Origin: Azolla caroliniana
Taxonomy: Eukaryota > Plantae > Polypodiophyta
NCBI GenBank assembly: GCA_043228905.1
Contig: JBHGNT010000009.1
Span: 11,284,001-11,348,000 of the forward strand
Direction: 5' to 3'
Length of the DNA stretch: 64,000 bases
The notes below the pieces were generated by a model that had not been told where the DNA came from, did no database searches, and was given only the letters and a program-made list of their open reading frames with translations. Made by a program: the position numbers and the translations under genes. This document shows, piece after piece, positions 1 to 10,929 of this stretch; within the stretch, counting starts at the first letter, position 1, and every line of letters begins with the position of its first letter.

Positions 1-1000
1 GAAGACACAAACACATGCACAAATGCTCGTACGTCTTTATTAGGAGAGGTGCATGGGCACGCCCGAAACGCTCCCTCATCACAAGACGGCCGAACGTGCA
101 AGGAAGACACGAACAAAGAAAGAAGGAAAGAAAGAAACACGAATGATATCGGCCAAAGAAATAAATACATGTTCGATTCCAACCCAAGAGGACCCTTTAT
201 AAAATAGGGTTTGATTACAATGGCAACTTATAGTCAACCCCAAGCTCAATCAAAACATAAATACTAAATGCCCTTAGAGACAAGAGCAAATCCAAACACG
301 GCGAAGATGAACACATGAGCACCACCAAAACTCCAATCCCAATGAACCACGACCACCTGAACGGAGAGCAAACGGGCTCGCAACGATGAACGGGGCAGAG
401 CAATGTCGAACCAAAGAAGTTTGGGCTCACGAGCACTTCGAGTGTCGACGTGAAGAAGATGAGCATGTGGTGATGGGGGGATGAAGGGGTATGAGATGAA
501 GAGAAGTGGTGAATAAGAAGATGAAGAGCTCCGAAGGAAAAATGGCGATAGTCTCCTCCTCCCCAAAATGTCCTCCCGAATGAGCCCCCCTCGACCTCCT
601 TTTATAGGGAAAAAAGGAAGGGGGGTCGCCAATTTCGTCTTTAATGCAAAAAGGAATAAAATTCCTTAAATCACGCTGCACTGTAAGCCTAAATTTGAAC
701 CGTGCACCTTTAGCTAGAAGTCAATGTGACTATCCACTAACCCATTAACTCTCTCGTATATAATATATGATTCTATCTCTATAAATTCTTAGCCTGTCTC
801 CCTTCTAGTTTTTATCTCTCCTCTCTCTTACTTTTTATATGAGCTTCTATGCATCCTTTCCACCCTTTCTTTTCCCTTTTCTTTTTCATGTGCGCAATTA
901 ATCGCCTTTGTCTGCACACACATTGCATATGCACATTTTGACCCCCCCCCCCCCCCCTTTCGCCGACTTTTTCCACTCTCGAGCATCCCACGTCACGACA
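1..1000 (-). mobile_element. Partial LTR (>=1 kb) of an LTR retrotransposon inserted into the RT of the copia at 1001-4369; the rest lies left of the window
   Basis: Copia RT homology (…DGSVNRYKA) stops abruptly at 1000/1001, where the minus strand continues TGTCGTGACG (canonical TG LTR start). The region is non-coding with TATA-like tracts. Orientation is inferred. Confidence 0.5.
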
Positions 1001-3918
1001 CCGGCCTTGTATCGGTTGACCGAGCCATCAGTGTTGTACTTGACCTTGTACACCCACCTGAATCCAATCGGCTTTACAACCTTGGGGGCGTCAACTGGGT
1101 TCCAGGTTTCATTCTCTGCAAGTGCGTTCATCTCTTCCTCCATGACGGCACACCAATTTGCATCTGTTGCCGCTTCAGCGTAGCTCTCCGGCTCACGCAC
1201 TTCCGCTACACGTGTCATGTACGCATAGTGATGCGCCATGTACTTGTTGTATCCGAACCGCACAACAGGGTCTTCTGGCGGGTAGATCGACGTAAATGCT
1301 CATTAGCCGATGTTGAGGTTATTCTGGCCGACGCGGGCTTCGCTCTTGAAGGCTCGTCATCTCTCTTCTTCGAGTCGGATTTGCGTCGATTCGACTCGTC
1401 CTTATCTGTGCCGTACTCCGGCATCTTCTTTTTTCCTTTTTCTTTACGCGTAAGCCGTCTCTTCGGCTTCCTGTGTGGGGAATGCACGGCCACGACTGAG
1501 TCTCCACTTCTCACCGGATCTTCATCTGACAGGTCAAACCGACTCAGTCGCTCATTCGGTCCATTTAGCCGAAATGAGATCGGACTCTCTTCAAGAGTTC
1601 TGACTTCGCGTTCATCAAGAGGCATCTCAGCTTAGCTGACCTCATCTTCAGAACTCATATTGGAGTTGAGGTCCAGAGTCGGAGGCAAATACCAAGACGC
1701 GGACTCATCGAACACAACATCACGACTTACGCGAGCTTGTTTGGTCTAGGGGTTATAACACTTGTAACCCTTTTGTTCGTCTGAATATCCGGCTTTCGCG
1801 TCCAGCTTGCTCCGCTTCTCCTTCGGCACATGCACATACGCGATGCTACCGAAAACCCTCAAGTGTCATAGATTCGGCTTCCTTCCGAAATACAACTCAT
1901 ATGTTGACACTTTTTCTCTGATCCGATTTTGGATGTAAACCGCGGTTCGGACCGCTTCGGCCCAATGGAACTTGGGCATGCTCTTTTCTTCCAAAATTGC
2001 CTGCACTGCTTCCACAACCGACCGATTCTTCCTTTCGGCTATGCCGTTTTGCTCCAGTGTATACCTGCAACTGAATTTGCGCCAAATTCCCATTTGGCGT
2101 AGATAACTGTTGACTTCGCTGGAAAAGTACTCCTTTCCGCCATCTGACCGTAGGCACTTGATCTTCCTCCCTGTTTCCCTTTCGACAAGAATTTTGAGGT
2201 TCCGGAAATAGTCGAAAACTTCACTCTTCTTTTCGATGAGGTAGATCCATGTGTGCCGGGTGTAGTTGTCGATGAAGGAGACAAAATATCGACTCCCGCC
2301 AAGACTCACGTTTTGTGCCGATCCCCATACATCTAAATGTATCAAGTCGAGCTTATTTCGGCTCTGATTATGCTCGTTGGGGAAAGGCAGTCGGTGTTGC
2401 TTCCCTAACTGGCAGGCTTCACAAATTTGGGCCTTTCAACCATTGAATTTCGGCAATCCGAACACAACTTGTTTCGATTCCAGGTCCTAAAACCTTTAGT
2501 AGTTGATGTGGCCTATCCGATTATGCCACAAGTCAATATCTGACTCGACTCTTTGCCCTTTCGGGAACATGGCGGTGCCTATGTCATTGGTGTCGAGGAT
2601 GAACATCCTCCCATCTTTGTGCCCTTGCGCAATAACTTGGCCTTCTTCCTTGATGAAGCACCTGAGATGTGTGAACTGGACTTGCATCCCCTGGTTAGCG
2701 ATCTGTCCGACCGACACTAGATTCTTCATAATTGTCGGGATGTGTAACACGTTCATTAGCTTTCCTTTTTTCCCGACAGGGCTGAGGGGAACTTCATCGA
2801 CATGTACAATCGGATGTGGAATGTCGTGTCTTGTTGCGACTACTCCCGGTTGTTCCGGTTTTTCTAGATATGAGAACCACTATTTATGGCTTTGTCATAT
2901 GGTTCGATGCTCCGGAGTCAATGTACCACACTTCGTCCAATTTTGGGATGGACTTCTTCATCAAGTTCGCTTCGTGTCTTGTCACGAAGGCTGCCCCTTT
3001 CCAACTTTTTCAGATCCTTCAGTGTAGTGCGTCCACTGCCAATTTCCTTATTCTGTTGGTCCGGATCCGGATCCAGTTTTCTTTGAATCGGTGTGCTTCT
3101 TCCCGCACTCGCTCTCCTCCTGGCCTTTCTTGCCACAATACTAGCATTCCAAGGTGTGTTTCTCTTGCCGGTTCTTGTCGCCTCCTCGACTCCCTCTACT
3201 TTCGGAGGGTCTGGAATTGCTGTCGGCATCACCACGATGTCTTCTTCCTTGCTCCCATCAGCCGCCTCCATTGCTCCCGTTGGCCGCCTATCTCCCTCTG
3301 TGTATAAGCATCTTGCTGTCGGCGTGCATACTCGTCGACACACCCGCGTGATTCTCCTCTACAAGGAGCATCGACTGCAAGTCGAAAAACGACGACGTAT
3401 TCTCCCTTGTACAAATAATAGTTTGGAATGCTCCGAACTTCGACGCCAATCCTCTGAGGCAGATCTGCACCATTTCGTCCTCCTCAACGTTCACATCGAT
3501 GGAGGCGAGGGAGTCGCAGATATCCTTTATCATGGATGTGTGGTCAGCCACCGTCATGTCATGTTGACACACATTGTTCAACTCCTGTCGGAGTTGGAGC
3601 TTCCTGGCTATGGTGCTTGCGGCGAAAATATTTTTCAAATTTCCCCAAGCATCCTTCGGCGTTCTTGCATTCCAAATGAAGCTCAAGAGCTGTTTGCTCA
3701 CACAAAACGCGAAGCAATAGAAAACTCATTCGTTCCATCGGCATAGTTCCAGGATCCTTGTCCGAGCAGGTATTGGTGCATCTTGTACGACCAAGATACA
3801 TAGTTACTTCTGTCAAGCTTCTCAGTTGAAAGCGAGCTAGCCACACCTCTATCTATTTTTTCCTTTTCGTTCTTCACCGAGATTAGATTTTTTTGTTGTT
3901 GTTTCGAGCTGAAGTCGC

Positions 3919-3930
3919 GCTCTGATACCA
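3919..3930 (-). promoter_or_regulatory. Primer-binding site, initiator tRNA-Met (copia A)
   Basis: Minus strand reads TGGTATCAGAGC directly after the LTR-terminal CA. Confidence 0.92.
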
Positions 3931-4369
3931 TGTGAAATGTTACGTGCGGAAGTAATACGAAACACAGAATACTGGCAGAGAAAAACAAGTTTAATGGAGA
4001 GCTTAAGACACAATGTACGTGGGAGAGAAGAGAGGGAAAAACACATAGAAAACTACATTCGAATAATGTGTAAAACTCTGTATATCAGATATGCTCAAAG
4101 AGAACTTTTATACAAGTCCATACGGAATGACAGAAGTATTGACACATACTTCAATGCTCATAACCGAGCTCCTACACTAACTCCCAAATATATTCCCTCG
4201 CGGAATATCTGTTCAATGGCATCCCGGTTTCTGCATCGATCTGGCCTCTTGTTGTGCACCGGTTTATGCACTAGTTTACGCACCGATCAGGCCTAACCGA
4301 TTGGTCCAAACCGATCCGGTTCTCGGCTTGCACAACTGATCCGGCCAATGTTGAGCTTGTATCTCAACA
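3931..4369 (-). repeat. 5' LTR of copia A (~439 bp)
   Basis: TGTTGAG…TTCACA termini on the minus strand, adjacent PBS, and layout similar to the LTRs at 8708 and 18081. Confidence 0.88.
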
Positions 4370-7300
4370 GGTCGACAGTCCTTGTGAGGGAGAATCCTCC
4401 CTCCTTCGATCTCTAGTCGATGCTGCTAGTCGAGGAGAATCATGTTAGAACAAGAAGCAATGCGCAAGAAGGACAAATGCTCTATTTCGAACTTCGATTG
4501 AGGAAGAGGAGGCCAATTCGGCCAAGGCTGACACAACCTAGAGCAACCCTGAGAACATAACTTCTACTATCGACAAGACGTTTCGAACGCGCGAGGCGGA
4601 GGGTCCGGAAGAAGGGGGAGCAATCATGTCGGACCCAGCCGACAAAACAATCCTGCCTAGTGCGGATACCGTGGTAAATTCGGCCACTATGAGGCAGAGT
4701 GTCGGAAAAAGAAGAGTGCCCGTCGACCTCCACAAACCGACAACTCACAAACGACGCCTCCAACTCCAACTATGACAATCATGGCGAAATGTTTGTGATG
4801 AGGCACAGAGCGAACTTGATGATAGCCTCCAACCCGACCAACACCTTCAAACTAGAAGATGTATGGTTTGTTGAATCGGGTGCATCCAATCACATGACAT
4901 CCCACAAGGATTGGTTCAAAAAGCTATGAAAGACCGAACGACCCGACTATGTGGAAACTGGGAATGACACAGTTCACCCCATTCAGCATGTCAACAATGT
5001 CCCATTTAGGGAAGAAGGCAACCAAACCTACATCAAGAACGTTTTGCATGTTCCCACAATAACAGAGAAATTGGTCTCAGTTGACCAGATAGTCAAGCAA
5101 GGGATACAAGTCTGCTTCAATGATGGAGGATGCTTTATTGAAAAGGAAGGCCGACTTATCGCCCGCAGACGAAGAGAAGACCGAATGTTCATCCTCAATT
5201 CTCACGAGATGAAATCGGCAATGTATGCCAAGGGCTGAAAGGCCGACACCGACATAGAGCTGTGGTACAAGAGGATAGGCCAAATCAACCTCTAAAAGCC
5301 CAAAGGAATGCAGTTGAAAGGAGTCGTCATTAGACTCTCGACTCTTACCGAAAAGGAAAGTGCAGGCATGTGCAAAGCTTGCCAATTCGGCAAACAACAC
5401 TGACAATTGTTCTTAAAGGAGAGGAACTTAAGAAAAGGGATCCTAGATGTAATACATTCAGATGTATGGGGACCAGCCCTGACGGCAACATTTGGTGGTT
5501 TCTGGTACTATGTAACGTTCATCGATGACTTCTCCAGACATACCTAGATTTATCCCATGCGCCAAAAGAGTGAAGTGTTGTCGCACTTCTAGAAATTGAA
5601 GAACGAGTCGACATCCTGGTATATAGTGAAGTCAACCCCATCCAACACAGTTGAAACCGAGTTCGACACAGATGCGGAGGAGGATGATCGAACGAGGCTC
5701 ACATTAGAGGAAAGTCCAGTCTTAACCAGGTTGAGTGGACCAAAAGAACCCCCAACCGACCAAAGCACATCACGGTCAAGTTCGAAGACGGATCCCAAAG
5801 GTAAGGCCAAAATGCTTGAGTACGAAGACTCAGATGGAAATGAATCGACTCACTCTCACGACAGTGAGTATGGTGAACTAGATGTTTCCATCATGAGGAC
5901 ATCAGGAGCACCACGTTGCTCCACACGAGAAAAGAACATAGTCAGTCGATTTGGCTACACTGACTACATGGCATATCATTATGCATTCATGATGAAGGTG
6001 GCTACAATCCGAGAACCGGAGACCTTTTCTGAAGCTGCAAAGGACCGTCGATGGGTCAAAGCGATGAATGAGGAGATGCAAGCACTCTCCAAGAACGAGA
6101 CATGGGATCTCGTCCCTTCTTCACACCACCAAAAGGAATTTGGATGCCGGTGGATCTTCAAAGTGAAGCACAACGCCAACGACACTGTCAATCGGTACAA
6201 GGCCCGACTTGTGGCGAAGGGCTACGCAAAGGCACACTATGTTGATTACGAAGAAACCTTCGCCTCGGTGGCAAAGATGACTACAATTCGAACATTGATC
6301 GTGCTTGCAGCAACAACAGGGTAGCACCTCCACCAAATGGACGTGAAGAAAGGCAAGTTAGAAGAGGAGGTGTACATGATACAACCACCCAGATTCGGGT
6401 CAACTATGCATCCAATTGTTGTCTGTCGATTGAAAAAGCCTCTCTATAGTCTCAAGCAGGCATCGAGAGCATAACATTCGAAGATAACACAATATCTTTC
6501 ACCGAATCGGTTTTGGAATGTCCAAGTTCGACAATTCTCTATTCATCCGGAATGACTCCAGAGGACATATATTGATCATAATTTATGTGGAAGACTTGCT
6601 CATTGGAGGAGAGCACCTCGGGGACATCGAACATACCAACAGGCTACTCTCCAACCGATTCGAAATGAAAGACATGGAGGAGCTTCATTACTTTTTAGGA
6701 ATAGAAGTAATTCGAACTCCTGACGGCATCACACATTCTCAAAGGGACTATATCTTCTATCTTCTTTACAATTTTGGGATGACACAGTGTAAGCTTGTCA
6801 CTACCCCTCTCGATTGCAACCTAAAGCTAGATGCCGACTCCGGCACAAGAGAGTGCGAGCTTATGCTCTACCATCAGCTAGTCGGAAGCCTCATCTGCCT
6901 CACAATTACCCAACCCGGCCTGAGTTACCCGGTCGGCCTCCTTAGCCAGTTCATGCAAACTCCACGAGACATCCATCTCAACTGTGCTAAGCGAGTGCTA
7001 AGGTATGAGAGTGGAACCATGGATTTCGGCATCCTCTACAAATCGGCCACACCGATACGACTTAAAGGGTACATAGATGTCTTCTAGGCCGGCTACAAAG
7101 CCGACAAACGATCAACCTCAAGGTTTGTCTTCTCCCTCGACAGTGGAGCCATCTCCTGGACCAGCAAAAAGCACCTGACAATCGCACTGTCGAGCATCGA
7201 AGTAGAATACAGGGGTGTGTCCGTTACTGCATGTGAAGCCGTTTGGTTGAAGAGAATCTTGAAGGATCTGGGCGTTCCCATCAAAGATCTGATTCTCGAG

Positions 7301-7968
7301 CAACCCAGTCTTCCACGCTCGGACTAAGCACATTGAGGTGCACTACCATTTCATCTGAGAACGTGTCTTGGCCGGAGATATCGACCTGCAACACATGAGT
7401 ATGACCCTGCAAACGGACGACATCTTCACGAAGGCACTCCCAGTCGACAAGGTGTGGTAGTTCGCGACAAACCTCAATCTCTCAATCACCAACAAACCGT
7501 CATTGAGGGGGAGTAGAACGATCAACTGAAACTGATCTAGCCGAATCAAAGACCAAACCGAACCAACCCTTCAGAGTCCGGAAGTTGCGTTCAAAGGGGC
7601 GTGTTGAGAATCAAATTCAACTTATCGTGTGAGGGAACACACTCTAGGATACTGAAGTGTGTGAACACCCCACCTCCTTGTATAGTAACTAGTGTGTCAT
7701 AGAAGTTAATGTTCTATGACACATATTCTTTAAGTAGTTAAGATACGACCTCTTTCCCAAGAGGCGGTTCTAGTGAGAGAACATAGAGAGAAGGTGACTA
7801 CATAAGCACCTTCTCCTTCTCTTTGTAACTGTTGGTCATTCTTGTTTCCTTGTAATACAGTTTTCTATTTTTTCTATAATCTTGAGTTCTCTCTCTGTCT
7901 CTCTCTCTCTACACACACACACACACACATAGTTCTTCTGTTGCACAGAATCCATCCGGTTCTTAACA
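4370..7968 (+). mobile_element. Ty1/copia retrotransposon D (degenerate gag end-PR-partial INT-RT-RNaseH, PPT, 3' LTR 7602-7968); host of copia A; integrase core deleted near 5605
   Basis: Motifs WFVESGASNHMT, IHSDVWGP, YKARLVAKGY and IIIYVEDLLI, plus an RNaseH remnant; many stops. Sequence jumps from the INT N-terminus to ESTSWY. Purine tract then TGTTGAG…TTAACA. Confidence 0.88.
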
Positions 7969-7974
7969 AAAGCC

Positions 7975-8490
7975 ATACATCAACATAAAATAACTATATC
8001 CAATTGAAGTATGTTTAGAGGTATTATAACCAAACTCTAAGAAGGGGTGATATTATTCTCATTTTATAGGCTCCTTCACCACATAGGCTTAAAGATTATA
8101 CTCTATAATTGGATTGACTTGTTTAGTTTGACTATTAGATTGTGATGATATGAGGAACTTAGGTTCAAAGTAGTTTCCAACATTTCAAAGATGTTAGTCC
8201 AAAAATCATTTGTAAACTTAGCATTGTTATATGAACTACATCCATCAGTGACATGTAAAATAATTAGAATACAAGTTATACCATGATTTTAGTTGGTATA
8301 AATCTAGCGAATTTTGTTAATTGACCATCAACCATCCTTATAGATTCATGAACACACCTTTTTCAAGGTTAGCCAACAATAAAATATTTTCTATTTGTTA
8401 TTAGGAATATTGGTGGATGTAATAGACCATCTTTAAAGTAGTTTGCCATATTTACTTGTCATTGCAAGGATTTGTTTTTCTTAATATCCT
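7975..8490 (-). pseudogene. Highly degenerate Ty3/gypsy integrase fragment, related to the chromovirus at 31003-38101
   Basis: Minus strand gives QLTKFARFIPTK and AKFTNDFWTNIFEMLETTLNLSSSYH, which align by eye with RLTKLARFIPTK and SKFTSDFWTQVFKKLETTLSMSSADH in ORF 32185-33723. Confidence 0.7.
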
Positions 8491-8524
8491 GCATTGGTAT
8501 TAAAGTAGTCCACTATTATAATGA

Positions 8525-8707
8525 ATATTGCATATCTTGTTACCTTTTTCTATATCTCTTGAGCTACCACAAGCCTTCAAGATGCATTTGAAGGTGATAA
8601 TGTCTATGGAAAGGCCGTCATTTTGAATCTGCTTGATGGAACTAAAGCTTCATGAGCTTGGTTATGCTTAGTATACCCATCAATGAGCACATTCCAAGAG
8701 ACAATAT
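8525..8707 (-). pseudogene. PLS-class pentatricopeptide-repeat (PPR) gene fragment, cut by the copia B LTR at 8708
   Basis: Manual translation with one frameshift: IVSWNVLIDGYTKHNQAHEAL / SIKQIQNDGLSIDIITFKCILKACGSSRDIEKG, a typical consecutive P and L motif pair. Confidence 0.7.
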
Positions 8708-9156
8708 TGTCAAGCGGACAAGCTCAACCGGATCCAGATTGGCTGAGTAAGGCAGAGTAGGATCGGTATCCAGAACAGAGAACCGGATAGGTATCCGGAT
8801 CGGTTTTTGGAACTAGGAGCCGGATCGGATTTGAACCAGTAGGCCGTTAGAGGCCTACGAATCTAGCCTAGTACGTAGGCATATTTTTGGGTGTCAATGT
8901 TAGTCGCTCGTCTGAGCATTGGAGTACTTGTTAGTACTTTTGTTAGTCATTTTAAAGATTTGTATAAAAGTGCTCACTGAGCACCTTGTATGTATAGAGT
9001 GTTATTATTTTGAATTGAGTTTATGATTTATGCTCTCTCTGTCTCTCCTGTGTGTTCATTGTTCTTAAGCTTCCATTAAACCTTCATTCTCTGTTTTTAT
9101 TGTTGTAATCTGGTTGAGCCGGTTTGTCTACAAGCTTCCGCACACTATTCTTTACA
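8708..9156 (+). repeat. 5' LTR of copia B (~449 bp), followed by Met-i PBS at 9157-9168
   Basis: TGTCAAG…TTTACA then TGGTATCAGAGT; homologous to the LTRs at 18081 and 26405. Confidence 0.9.
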
Positions 9157-10476
9157 TGGTATCAGAGTGTGAGGGTCGAGAACCTCTATAGCCGAAGAGA
9201 GATTCCCGAAAACAAACCCTGACACCCGGTAGAGAACAAAAAACAAGGTTAGAATGGATAGAGGAATAGCTAGCTTGCTTCCGACGGAGATCCCACAACG
9301 CATCTTGGTTGTACAAGATGCACCAGTACCTTCTTGGGCATGGCTACTGGAGTTATGTCGACGAAGCTAACGATACAACACTTGATGCGACACACACAGA
9401 CTTTCCAACTTGGGAAACAAGAGGCAAGTAGGGTTATGTATCGCTTTGCGTCCAATGTCGGCGATCAACTATTGAGCCATATCCGGGATGCCAGGAAGAC
9501 AAAGGAAGCTTGGGGAAACTTGAAGAAGGTCTTCTCTGCAAGCACCGCGGCTTGGAAGTTGCAACTCCAATAGGAGTTGAGTAATGTCCGGCAGAGGGAC
9601 ATGTTAGTGGCTGACTACACGACCCGAATCAAAGATATTTATGACTCACTTGCCTCTATCAACGTGACTTTCGAGGATGATGAGATGGTGCAGGTTTGTC
9701 TCGGGGGCCTGGCGTCAAAGTTTGGAGCATTCCGGATGGCGGTCTGTACAAGGGAGAATACACAGTCGTTTTTCGACTTAAAGTCAATGCTCGTAGAGGA
9801 GAACCATGTGGGTGCATCAACAAGCATGCACGCCAACAACAAGATGTTGTACACGGAGGCGGATCAACCCCGTGGTCGTGGGGGATGAGGCGAAGCAGAA
9901 TCGGAGGCACGAAGATAGTGCCGACAACGGTTCTAGACCCTTCACAAGCAGGGGGAGTCAAAGTGGTGATGGAAACCGGCAGGAGAAGACCGCAACAAAA
10001 TTTTGGTATTGTGGCAAGAAAGGCCAACCGGAGAGCGAGTGCTGAAAAAGCATGCCGATTCGGACAAATCTAGATCTGGCAAGGTCGATCGAGGATGCCG
10101 ACAAAGCTCGCACTACGTCGAGGAATCAAAAAAATCCGGTTTTGCCTTTGTGATAAAACACAAGGCTAATTCGATGAAGAAGGTCACTTCGGGTTTGATG
10201 GAAGAGTGGTATGTTCACTCCGGAGCATCAAACCACATGATGAGGCATGAAGAGTGGTTTTCATTCTTAGAAAAACCAAAGCAACTAGGAGTAATCGAAG
10301 TTGGACACGACATTCCTCACACCATCGAGCACATCGGTGAGGTCCCTCTTAGCCATGTTGGGCATAAGGGAAAGCTGATGAACGTCCCACATGTCTCGAC
10401 AATCACGAAGAATCTTGTGTCGTTTGGACAGATTGTCGACCAAGGGATGCAGGTTCGGTTCACACACCTCGGGTGA

Positions 10477-10571
10477 TGTCAGGATCAATACTCAGACAGA
10501 GAAGGAATTAGTACTAAAAGATAAGGATTAGTACTAAGAGAGGTGTAGAACTCTCGAGAGAAGGAAAGAGT

Positions 10572-10625
<54 letters not shown>

Positions 10626-10929
10626 GCGAGGAAATGATGATAAAAGATATATATTATGTGAAGAGAGTATACAATAGTAGCTAGGAGGCTTAAGACTAGC
10701 GTTGAACCGATTTGGTTCGAAATAATGCCTTGTGCCTCCTTTTATAGTATTCTCAGGAGTACTCTTGAAGTTTCTAGAATGTTCCGGAGAAATCTGGATA
10801 TACATCAATTTTCTATAATAAAACTTAAATGAAAATAATATCCTACGTATTACAATAGTTGGTATAATGGTCAAGAGCTCGACCTATATAATCTAAGGTC
10901 ATGGGTTCGAGTCTTGCCATATCATGACA
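10477..10929 (-). repeat. 3' LTR of the Tcn1-like element (contains a (GA)n tract and a tRNA-like cassette)
   Basis: Direct repeat of 15100-15524; PPT adjacent. Confidence 0.93.
10853..10925 (+). other. tRNA-derived (A-box/B-box) cassette inside the LTR, antisense to the element
   Basis: TGGTATAATGG at 10860-10870 and GGTTCGAGTCT at 10904-10914, offset 44 nt as in tRNA positions 8 and 52. Stems are degenerate, so not a functional tRNA gene. Confidence 0.7.

Larger units (their letters stand above)
1001..4369 (-). mobile_element. Ty1/copia retrotransposon A (5' LTR, PBS, degenerate gag-PR-INT and start of RT), interrupted at 1000
   Basis: LTR 3931-4369 followed by PBS TGGTATCAGAGC. ORF fragments: gag (KLQLRQELNN), GAG-pre-integrase (DLWHNRIGH), integrase (LDVWG…LRSDGGKEY…QNGIAERKNR) and RT start (W…MEEEMNALAENETW). 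Confidence 0.93.

Noticed and set aside
9860-9900. Programmed recoding after the RGG region of copia gag (ORFs end nearby in A, B and C)
   Set aside because: The breaks differ between copies (CGA>TGA plus deletion, CAG>TAG, indel) and are consistent with random decay.
10853-10925. Functional tRNA genes at 10853, 15448 and 30227
   Set aside because: Acceptor and anticodon stems do not pair properly and no anticodon can be assigned; kept only as tRNA-derived cassettes.
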